Positions 41,688-51,730 of a stretch of 64,000 bases of DNA are shown piece after piece; the stretch's first letter is position 1, and the number at the start of each line of letters is the position of its first letter. Source of the DNA: Octopus vulgaris (taxonomy: Eukaryota). A program made the translations under genes and the position numbers. Location of the stretch: assembly GCA_951406725.2 (NCBI GenBank), contig OX597827.1:83328001-83392000 (forward strand), written 5' to 3'. Below the pieces are notes generated by a model that saw only the letters and a program-made list of their open reading frames with translations, was not told where the DNA came from and ran no database searches.

Positions 41688-43383
41688 CTTTGAAATAACA
41701 GGACATCATGCAGAGGATGTTGAACACAAGACAATGGATGAAACCCTAATATTCCTAGTTAGACGGAAACTATGGGACCACATGGAGCAGCACCCTGTGA
41801 CTTCTATAGTATATACAACCGAAACCCCTATGAATCTACGCATTAACAGCACCAGGGTTAGAACCCCTGACTCAAACATTCCAGATGTTCAAGCAAGTCC
41901 CATAAAGACTGATGAAGGTAGTTCTTTAAATCTAACTGAAAGAGAAGTAGCAGATGGCAAGAACAGAGGAATCAAACTTAAGAATAGTAAAAAGTACCTG
42001 CAATTTGGAACACTCAATGTAAGAAGACTTAGGGAAAAAGAGAAACCTCTGGAGATGGCTAACAACTTAAACAGGTGCAAACTAAACATCCGTGGAGTAG
42101 TTGAACACAGGATAGTACATGAAGAAGACCTTACTTTCATTGAACAACTTGAAAGCTGCACACTAATAACAACAAATGCAAGGAGAAGAATTAATGGTGC
42201 TGCAGCAGGATCAGTAATCAACGGTTTGGCAGAGAAAGCATTGGCCAAAGTAATGCTGGTAAATGACCGAATAGTCACAGCCACGTTCAATGGAAACCCA
42301 TCCACCACAGTAGTTAATAACTATGCACCTATGGTGGGAAGCAAGGATGCAGAGGAGCACTACAAAGCAATGACAAATGTCATCAATGAAATAACAAAAC
42401 ACCATGTTAACATAGAATGCAGTGATTTTAATGCTTATTTAGGGGAGGATGCAGTCCCCTACACATTCCATACGGAGACCAACAATAATGGCCAGCTTCT
42501 CCTGGATCATGTGGTGGAATGTAATCTTTGCATCACTAGAACTCTGTTCAAGGAAAAGAAAGGAAAACAATGGATGTTTATCTCCGACATGAATGGTAAC
42601 AAGTCCCAAACAGATTACATACTGGTTAATAAGAAATGGAAAAATTCTGTACACAATGTAGAACCATATAATAGCTTTAGCAGCTTAGGGGGTAACCATC
42701 ACTTAGTGACAGCCAGACAACATCTTAGTCTATGTACAAGCAAAACTCCTGCAACAAGGAATGCTACGATTGGTCTACATTGCGAAATACAGAACTTCAA
42801 CAGCTTTATGTGGTTACAGTGCCTAACAGAGTTGCTGAACTATCCGACAACAGGGATACTGTTACAGAGCAAATATGGCAAGTTTGTGCAATCAAATGAA
42901 GAAGCAGCAACAAAACTGATACCAATAAAGAAAAGGATGAAACAGAGAAAGTTAGCTGATGATCCTAGGGTAGAAAAAGCACACAGTGAAGTACAAGAGG
43001 CATTCAGCAACTATCAAAAAGCTGCCAACAACGATACTAAACAAACTTCACAAAGAAAGAAGAGCCTCTAAAACAGATGTACCAAGAGATTCAAGAAGCA
43101 GAACTGGATGAAATGATCTCCCAGGTTGAAAATGCAGACACAAAGAGTAAGCACGGAGAAAGCTGGAGGTTGATTCATGCCATTACTGGTGGCAAAGCAG
43201 GGAATCATCAAAGGGAAATCAAAGGATTAAAGAATCAAGAAGTGGTACACTGATTTGCACGACTTACTTGGGAGGAGGGATCCAGAAGTTAACAGTGAAA
43301 CAGAAAATGAAGAATTAGCAAAGATACTTGACAGTTTGCAAATCAATGATGGACTCTTCACAAAGCAAGAAATGGAAAGAGTT
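41688..43383 (+). mobile_element. Second RTE family, 5' segment (UTR + APE endonuclease + linker), inverted relative to the 3' segment
   Basis: FGTLNVRRL, VVEHR, NNYAP, SDFNAYLG, TDYILVNKKWKNSV, ending INDGLFTKQEMERV. Confidence 0.88.
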
Positions 43384-43619
43384 ATATATATATAAGTTGG
43401 AAAATTACTATTTCTAAATGTCACATTGTGAGACATTCAGCAACAGTACTTTGTAGTAAAGATTGTTTGCCAATATAACATGGCAGTCCTGGTTTAGGAC
43501 TAATGTTGCTGTAATTTAGCCCCAGGAGACATCGTCTCCAGCTGGCTATACGACACGAACTGTGTCCTTATATTTTCAAACAAGGGAATCTAGCACCCCC
43601 ACTCAGCTCAAAACAATAT

Positions 43620-43662
43620 CTGTGTATCACGATTTCTGGGTTATTTCTCTTCATCAGCACAG
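43620..43662 (-). ncRNA. Type-I hammerhead ribozyme motif with degenerate stem II
   Basis: Reverse complement: CTGTG-CTGATGA-AGAGAAATAACCCA-GAAA-TCGTGA-TA-CACAG. Perfect stem I, near-palindromic stem III. Confidence 0.65.
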
Positions 43663-43688
43663 AATAATTGTTTGGCTAGAAGTGGTGC

Positions 43689-44085
43689 GGATCTTTTCCT
43701 TTTGAACGGCACTCTGTAACATAATTTCTAGTTAACTAAATACTTTTAAACTTCATATACGGGTAGAATGTGTTTATAAAACATCATTTTTTCTTGGCTT
43801 TATTGAGAAAATTCTATATGTTGTAAAATATTTCGTCTTTAATTTCGAGCATTTCGGCAATTTTAACCAATCGCTGACCTCCATTTAGGTAAACAACATT
43901 CAGTGCTGTATGAATATGTCCCTCCTTTAAGAAACAGATTGGGTTTATTTACATTTGTGAAGAAAAAAGATACCCTTCCCCCACCCCTAACCCTAACTAA
44001 CCCTAAATCTAAAATAGATTGAAATGCAATAGATCGATACTAGGGTTATAATTATGGGTGACAATTTCATACGACACCGCTATGG
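43689..44085. mobile_element. Non-autonomous DNA element (MITE/HINE-like) with interstitial CCCTAA repeats
   Basis: ccctaaccctaactaaccctaa at ~43985-44006 inside a non-coding repeat-like block. The second terminus is not evident. Confidence 0.45.
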
Positions 44086-44705
44086 AAAATGGGATTTTTT
44101 TCTAACAGTGAACACACTTTCTTCCTGCGCACTTAAGAATCTTTCCTCGTCTAGGCCAAAAAAGGCCCTCATTGTTTGTTTTCTTGTTTGTTTTTATTTC
44201 TTGTACTGTATTTTTTTGTAATTGTATTTTTATTTTGTAATTTTATTTGTATTGTTTTTACGTCCTGTTTTTATCACATTTTTTTCTTTCCTTGTTTTTA
44301 CCCCTCTGCGAAGGAATTTTATTTAATTCTTTCGCAGGAAGGGCTAGTTCGCGAGTTGTGTTCTGTCCTCACCTTCGAAACACGCATGAAGTCGTACTAG
44401 GGACAGCTGATGAAGGGGAATTTTCCTTGTGTTGTTTGTCTTGTACTCTGTTTTTTCGTTGTTAAAAAAAAAGGTCTGTTTCCATGTTTGTTTTTACGTT
44501 TTCGTTTCTCATTGAGTTCTACGTCTATTTGTGGTGTCCTGTACTCACGTATATATATTTATATATGCATGTATATATACATGTAGATGTAGGTACGTAC
44601 ATATATGTATGTATGTATGCATATATTATATTTATTACACTATTATATATATACATATATATATATATATATACATATATACATATATACATATATACAT
44701 ATATG

Positions 44706-44927
44706 TGATAACGTTCATTCTCCCTCTTCTCATTAGGAAGTGCGCGACTCAGTCTATCACCCTTATACAGTCTAGGCCTGTCGATCTTGCTAAGTTGATC
44801 CCGAATCCTCCATTCGGTCTCTTTAACTTAAACCAATGACCCTGTAGCGAACTTGACCTTACTTTTAAACGGCGGTGCATCAGCATGGCCGCAGCTCTGA
44901 GCTGAGACTAGAGAAGAAAAAAAAAAA
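44706..44927 (+). mobile_element. CR1-type 3' UTR fragment with A-rich tail
   Basis: Ends ggcggtgcatcagcatggccgcagctctgagctgagactag+A-run, matching the CR1 3' end at 31466-31508. Flanked by (TA)n. Confidence 0.65.
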
Positions 44928-44949
44928 ATATATATATATATATATATAC

Positions 44950-45088
44950 ATCATCATCGTTTAATGTCCGTTCTCCGTGCTAGCATGGGTTGGACGGTTC
45001 GACCAGGGATCTGGGAAGCCAGAAGGCTGCACCAGGCTCCAGTCTGATCTGGCAGTGTTTCTACAGCTGGATGCCCTTCCTAACACCA
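44950..45088 (-). mobile_element. RTE 3' tail fragment
   Basis: catcatcatcgtttaatgtccg..ggatgcccttcctaac. Confidence 0.85.
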
Positions 45089-45342
45089 TATAACTTCCTA
45101 TATATACATATACATAAATATGTAAAGCATAATATGTTATACATGTATGTATATTATAGTAATTGTCAGATTAGTAAATAAATAAATAAGTTAACATAAT
45201 ATAATGTCTAAAAGTTGATGAACCATCTATTGATCCCCTCCATTTTCTTATTACTGTGTGTGTGTGTGTGTGTTTGTGTGTGTGGTAAGTAGATTACTTA
45301 CCTAACCACATGGCCGCAGTCAAAGGACTGAAACAAGTAAAA

Positions 45343-45375
<33 letters not shown>

Positions 45376-45376
<1 letters not shown>

Positions 45377-45728
45377 TGGAGCACCGCCTTTAGTTGAGCA
45401 AATCGACCCCGGGACTTATTCTTTGTAAGCCCAGTACTTATTCTATCGGTCTCTTTTGCCGAACCGCTAAGTGACGGTGACGTAAAAAAACCAGCATGGG
45501 TTGTCAAGCAATGCTAGGGGGACAAACACAGACACACAAACATGCACACACACATACATATATACGAGGGGCTTCTTTCAATTTCCATCTACCAAATCCA
45601 CTCACAAGGCTTTGGTCGGCCCGAGGCTATAGTAGAAGACACTTGCCCAAGATGCCACGCAGTAGGACTGAACCCGGAACCATGTGGTTAGTAAGCAAGC
45701 TACTTACCACACAGCCACTCCTGCGCCT
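45376..45728 (-). mobile_element. CORE-type tRNA SINE
   Basis: Reverse complement begins ggcgcaggagtggctgtgtggtaagtagcttgc. Same family as 10931-11258. Confidence 0.9.
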
Positions 45729-45740
45729 ATATATATATAT

Positions 45741-45983
45741 TACGGAGATGTACTTGCATAGCAAGTGATTTGAAATGAGATCGTGTGCTGGAACGGAAAC
45801 AATTGCAGCGTGGAAGGTGTTTGTGCTGCATCTGTGCAGCATAGATTTTTGTCAGTGAACAGGTCGCGGTCTTATAGCGACGAAAATATTTTGACAAATT
45901 AAACTTAAATGGTGAAGTGAATCGAACGGCTTTTGTGTGTTTCTTAAATGGCTTACAAACACCTTCCACGCTGCAATTGTTAA
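45741..45983 (+). mobile_element. Short TA-flanked element with a perfect 27-bp internal inverted repeat enclosing a variant hammerhead
   Basis: 45798-45824 is the exact reverse complement of 45955-45981. Confidence 0.7.
45848..45898 (+). ncRNA. Hammerhead-like motif with G3-C8 swapped core
   Basis: TTTGTCA-GTGAACA-G-GTCGC(9 nt)GCGAC-GAAA-ATAT-TT-TGACAAA. 7-bp stem I, 5-bp stem II, palindromic AATATT stem III. Confidence 0.6.
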
Positions 45984-46000
45984 ATATATATATATATATA

Positions 46001-46605
46001 TTGGAAAAAAAACCACCTTTTATCAATTCAAAATGAACAATTAAATTACACCATCTAGAAAATTACATATAATAGAAATATTAAAATAAAATAACAATAA
46101 AATGTCAATGATTAAGTAAATTGCAAAAAAATAATAATAAAAACGTATTGTGTGAAATTTGATTTAGTATTTCTAAATTGAATTTTTTTCCTTGTAAGTT
46201 TGGATTTTATTCCCTCAAATAATAATTATTATTATATTTATAACTAACGTTTCTGATAAATTACCCACATTATCGTCGGTTATGGAACTTATAGGTAAAA
46301 TAGAACCACTCTTTTGGAATTCATCATTGAAGGATATTCCTATACCATCTAGAAAAGAATATATTTTAAAACTTATTAATAATATTAAAGATTTTATTAA
46401 TAGAATTAAATTTTAATTTTAATATTTCTATTATAAGTAATTTTCTAGATGGTGTAATTTAATTGTTCATTTTGAATTGATAAAAGGTGGATTTTTTTCT
46501 AATTTTATATATATATATATTATATTGTGTGAAATTTGATTTAGTATTTCTAAATTGAATTTTTTCATTGTAAATTTCGATTTTATTCCCTCAAATAATA
46601 ATAAT
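46001..46605. mobile_element. Rearranged Penelope-like terminal fragments (inverted and direct duplications, ORF N-terminus)
   Basis: 46001-46092 is inverted at 46409-46502. 46146-46226 is repeated at 46523-46603. 46282-46416 reads MELIGKIEPLFWNSSLKDIPIPSRKEYILKLINNIKDFINRIKF*, resembling the SLKxIPIPS..Y..KLI N-terminus of Penelope-like ORFs (from recall). Confidence 0.55.
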
Positions 46606-46807
46606 AATTATTATATATATATATACACACACACACATATATATTTACCTATATATATATATATATATATAATAATAATAAAAGGGTAAAAATCATTAAT
46701 GATTTATACCAAGTGGTCAGCGCGGAAATAAAACCTCATAGGTAAATTTTATAAATAATTATAACAAGGGCTTAGCTTGTGCCTCACCACTCACTGAAAA
46801 ATAGACC

Positions 46808-46948
46808 TCAAGAGACACTCTTACCACCATAAGTTCTCTGAGAGAAACACACTACATAAAAGGCTAGCAAAAGAAAGAAAATGAATCGCTAGCCTTTTAT
46901 GTAGTGTGTTTCTGTCGGAGAACTTGCGGTGGTAAGGGTGTCTCTTGA
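46808..46948. repeat. Foldback with ~60-bp arms
   Basis: tcaagagacactcttaccacc..actacataaaaggctagc / gctagccttttatgtagt..ggtggtaagggtgtctcttga. Confidence 0.9.
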
Positions 46949-47010
46949 CGTCTATATATATATATATATATATAGATAGATAGATAGATATATTCATACA
47001 TATGTATATA

Positions 47011-48271
47011 CAAGCATACCTCACCCTACATTGTTAACTGGTTCCAGGAGATACGACTTGAGCAAAAAAATGACTTAAGCCGAATTAACTTGTCTCTAGG
47101 CAAAACCAACAATTCCCTCCTAACATAATGATCACACCTTTTGAGACCTTGTGTCCTGGAAGTTTTCTCCTCCTTGGAAATGAATGAACGGTCTGGCAAT
47201 TTTTTCCAATACAATCCAGTTTCATCTACATTAAAAATCTGTTTGGGAAGAAACCTGTTTTCTTCTCTGATTTTCTTTAATGCATTAGGAAATTCCACTG
47301 CTGCTTGTTCATCAGCTGATGCACTTTCACCTTGATTCTTAATGGAGTGATAACTTCTTTGCTCCTTAAATCTCATGAACCATCCTTGACTTGCCTTGAA
47401 CTCTACATCTTTCTCATCTGGATATTTTTTCTTCTGGTCATCAAACAAAAATACAACGCTTTCTCTTGAATGATTTTTTTTTTGACTAATAGTAGCATAC
47501 TGACAATTCAACCTAACAATCCAAAGAGAAAGAAATCTTTCCATTTCTTCAAAGATTTTGCCTCTTTTCTTATTGATGACAGTGTTCTTCATCCCTGGGA
47601 CTTCAGATTCCATATCTTCTAAAATCTTGTCCTTATATACAATCGTCAATACAGTTGTCCAACTCATCCTGAAAGATCATGCATTGCTACCACTTTTTCA
47701 CTTTTTCCATGGTGTTTTATCACAGCCAGTTTATCTTCTAGTGTTATAGCATGGGGCTTAGCACTTTCAATATGAATTTTCTTAGTAGCCATGGGGGCAA
47801 AAAATAAAGAATCACAAATAAATGAGAATGAGAAAGTAGCTGATAAACAGACGTAAATAAATCTGAATTCAAAACAATCACAGGAATCACGAGTGACAAC
47901 AACGCCTAACAATAGATATTGGAACTACAGTGCAATACGAGTTCTGAAAGACCAATAAATAAGACAACACAGCTGATTCCATGATTTCATTCACTAAGCT
48001 ACACTACTTTATGGTGAGTATCTTAACATTTACTGTACATATTTTAATATGATTTTACATGCTTTTATTCTTATTTATTATACAGTAACCTGATTTTATG
48101 TGCCTTTAATGGTTCTCTAGTGATTTTACAATTCCAAAATTTATGACAGACAGACGAAAACTTGAGTAAAATGACTTAACTTGATTTTTATTTTTCCATA
48201 TATTATTTTTGAAAACCAACATATAATAAATAACGACTTAAATTGAAATGACTTAAGCTGAGGTATGCCTG
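47011..48271 (-). mobile_element. Tigger/pogo DNA transposon, internally deleted, both TIRs and TA TSD present
   Basis: TA|CAAGCATACCTCA ... TGAGGTATGCCTG|TA. CENP-B HTH FKASQGWFMRFK and IFNVDETGLYWKKLPDRSFI are present. The rest of the DDE domain is absent. Confidence 0.92.
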
Positions 48272-48883
48272 TATATACATGTATATCTACATGTATATAC
48301 ATACATATATGTACATATATATATATATATATATGCATGTATATGTATGTATATAACTACACACACACACATATATATATATATATGCATGTATATGTAT
48401 GTATATAAATGCACACACACACACACATATATATTATACGTGCATGTTTATGCTCGTTTCTCGTAAGAGTGTTGTAAATAGATTTCATTCATTTCCCGCC
48501 TTCTGTGAAAAGCATGTCTGGCCACGAGGAAATACTACCTTGCTTGGAAATGGTGACAGGAAGGGCATCCGGCCTCAATAAACTACATCTGACATATGCA
48601 AGCATGGAAAAGTGGGCATTGAAACAATGATGTTATATAACTTATATTTCGGATATATAAGTTGATAATGAAAGTGAGATAGTGTGTGTACACATATACA
48701 CAGATACATATAAAGAAAACAAAGTCAAAGTTACATCATGTACACTTACATACATGAAACAAAGTCTCTTTCACAGACAATCTACACTCAACACAAGGTG
48801 TAATGAAACAACAAAATTACTCCAAAACCAATGCCTTCAATACCTTTTTCTACCTGACAAACTAAACTATCACTCAAGATTAA

Positions 48884-48944
<61 letters not shown>

Positions 48945-50414
48945 CGATCAATCAATAAAGTACATTTGTGAAGAAAAGGAGAGATATCTGTCATTTAACC
49001 AAATTCCAGGAACTTCACCAACCCTGCAGGATTTTGAACCAAGAATATGATACAAAGGTAGATACTCTCCAATCACCCAACACGCTCTATCTGCTGCCCA
49101 TCGTCTATGATCCCACCTCCCATTCAAGATGTTTTTACACTCACAGGAATGCTGTGTTATGCTAAAAAATGTAACATCAGTAACAAAACAGGTTAAATCT
49201 ACACAATCCAAATTGATATGGAGGATCTAAATGTCATGGGTTTGCTGTCAAATTGTACCACACAGCACAAGTACCAACTTACAAATCTCTCTCAACCACA
49301 CACACATACACCTACCAACTTACACCACAAGCACACACACACATGTATACCCCTTTACATTCCCCTCTCTATCTCACACACACACACACCTATCATGACA
49401 CCTCCACCACCACTCTCATTAAAACAATGCTGCTACATAGAAGAGATGGCAGTGGAGTGTACTTTTAATGAGGTTGCACAGGTTGTTGTTTAGCCCACAG
49501 GCCAGCCCTCATGAAATTGATCTAGAACCAAAGACATTCCATCTATGTCCAACACGTCGTGTTTTCTAGGACTAGATTATTTTAATATAACTTTCATTCT
49601 TCTAATTAGAGGTGCATATAACTTAGAGGGAAATATGGATGCTCCTTCAAACAGGTTGAATGAAAGCACTGAGACACATATCTAATGATCCTTCAAAACC
49701 TCAAACCAGAGTTGAAGCAGATTATCATCAGAACAGATAATTAATCAGTGGACCAAGCAATGATACCATCATTGTCATCATCAACATGCCATAGTTAAAG
49801 CAAAGAGAAAAGGAGTTAAGTTGGTTACTTTTACGAAATCAATTTGAACTTGAGAAACTTGGCTAACAGATAAAGAGAATGCTGTGAGAGGAACTTCATG
49901 AACATGTCCATAGTGTTTGGAATGTAATAGAACAGCTAAACAGCTTGTAAGAGCTATACAAGCATACAAGCACTGTATAGTATGACATATGTCACAGCTC
50001 TCAAGTATCGTAATGTAACCAACACAATGAACAATACAAACTTAAACATTATTGGTTCAGTGATGACTTGCAAGAGTTTTTACATATAGTCTATAACCTA
50101 GATTACACACACAGTAAGAAAAGCCTCCTTTCACTCACCTCCTCTAATGACTTCAAATCACATCCTACATCCTTAATAAAGGAAAGACAAGACACGGAGA
50201 TACAAATATATGAATTAGTCACGGCTGAAATATTCATGATCATAGTCTGCTGGATTAGAACAACAACAGATAAGCTACTCATTTATATTGGTCAACTGGA
50301 GGAGCTGGTACTGTTTCTCCTAACTTTTCTTCTGACAACGTAAAATAGTTTCACTCAAGACACTATAATATGTTGATGATACATAAGTTTTATATTTTGT
50401 ATTTATAAATTTCA

Positions 50415-50640
50415 TCATCATCATCATCCATTTTCCATGCTGGCATGGGTTGGACAGTTCAACAGAATCTGGCAAGTCAGAAGACTGCACCAACCTTAAC
50501 TGTCTGCTTTGGCATGGTTTCTATGGATGGATGCCCTTCCTAACACCAACCACTATCACAGAGTGTGGAATGGGAGCTTTTTACTTGGCACCAGTACTGG
50601 CAAGATCACCAAGTGACCAGCAAGACAAAGTCCCCTCAAC
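50415..50640 (-). mobile_element. RTE 3' tail element
   Basis: (CAT)n..ccatgctggcatgggttggacag..ggatgcccttcctaac. Confidence 0.8.
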
Positions 50641-51029
50641 CGAGAGGGGAGAGACTGAGAATTGAGAGAGAGAGAAGATGGCAAAGATGTGACAGGACAT
50701 ATGCCCAGGTTACAGGGGAGGTGTATACAGTGAAGAGGACCATGGAGTGGAGAGGGTTACAAAAGGAGAGGGGGGAATAGAGGAGGATGAGGAATGTAGT
50801 GAGTGGGTACAGGTAGAGGGAGGGAGTATGAGGAGAATATGCTGTAGGGAAGAGAGTTGGTAGGAATACACTGTGTGCATGTAGGCTGGCAAGGAGGAAT
50901 TGGAGATAGAGGGGAGGAGAATAGAGCAGGTGGGGAGAAGTGGTATTGGGAAAATGGAATATACAGAAGAGGTTCATCAGGACTACATGTACATGAAGAA
51001 CATGCCTCTATGGCCACAATTTTACGTAG

Positions 51030-51275
51030 CTGGACAGGTCTTCTCAAGTACAGCAAATTTCCAATTGTCTTCATCCTTTCTCATCTTCTCTGTGCAGCAT
51101 CTGAAGATCATTTTTCCCCATCCTACATCTTCCTGGGTCTTCCTTTTCCACAGATTCTCTCGATATTTAGTAATTGGCACTTCTTTATCCAATGTCTTCA
51201 TCAATATGCATCATATATCAATACCAGCACAGTCTTCTCTTCTACACACCATATCTAATGCCTTTTATACTCAAT
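51030..51275 (-). mobile_element. RTE ORF C-terminal fragment
   Basis: Minus strand resembles GRPRKxWxKMI..DNWKFAVLEKT. Confidence 0.65.
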
Positions 51276-51346
51276 TTTCCACTCAAAACATTTACAATGT
51301 CATTATAACGGTGGGTTATAACAGGATGGATCGCCTAGTTTATAAC

Positions 51347-51730
51347 TGGTGTGAACATTGAGAAGAAATGATAAGAAGCAATGTATAATAGTAGAAATTT
51401 GTCTGTAATAATTAGATGATTTTATCTATTTATCATGTTGGAGTCACCAATTTATAACAGTGATTATTCTCCCGAGTAGAATTTGGAATCCACATCAGTT
51501 GATCACCAATTTATAACGGTTTTGACTTGGAAGAGATAATAAATATAAATATTTATTGAGTAGGAAACTAGGGTGATAAATCCTTTACTTATAACTTAAT
51601 TATAAGTATTTATCACCATACATAAATCCTAGTTCAGACTACATAAACACTGAGGTGAATTATACACCCTAAGATGCTGAACATGCATATATGTTGAAAA
51701 TAATAAAGCTCGCTCTTTTTCATCGCTACA
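51347..51730 (+). mobile_element. Possible solo LTR
   Basis: TG...gctaCA with AATAAA at 51702 and ATAAC on both sides. Weak, because ttataac recurs locally. Confidence 0.3.

Noticed and set aside
41647-43071. 474-aa ORF as a host gene
   Set aside because: It is RTE 5' UTR plus endonuclease read through an inversion junction.
43985-44006. Telomeric CCCTAA repeats
   Set aside because: Only about three imperfect units inside a dispersed element, not a telomere.
44360-44420. GAAAC..GTA..CTGATGA in type-II hammerhead order
   Set aside because: Stems I and III pair too poorly to call. Needs a family consensus.
47026-47667. Domesticated TIGD/CENP-B-like gene
   Set aside because: Frameshifted, DDE domain deleted, still bounded by TIRs and a TA TSD.
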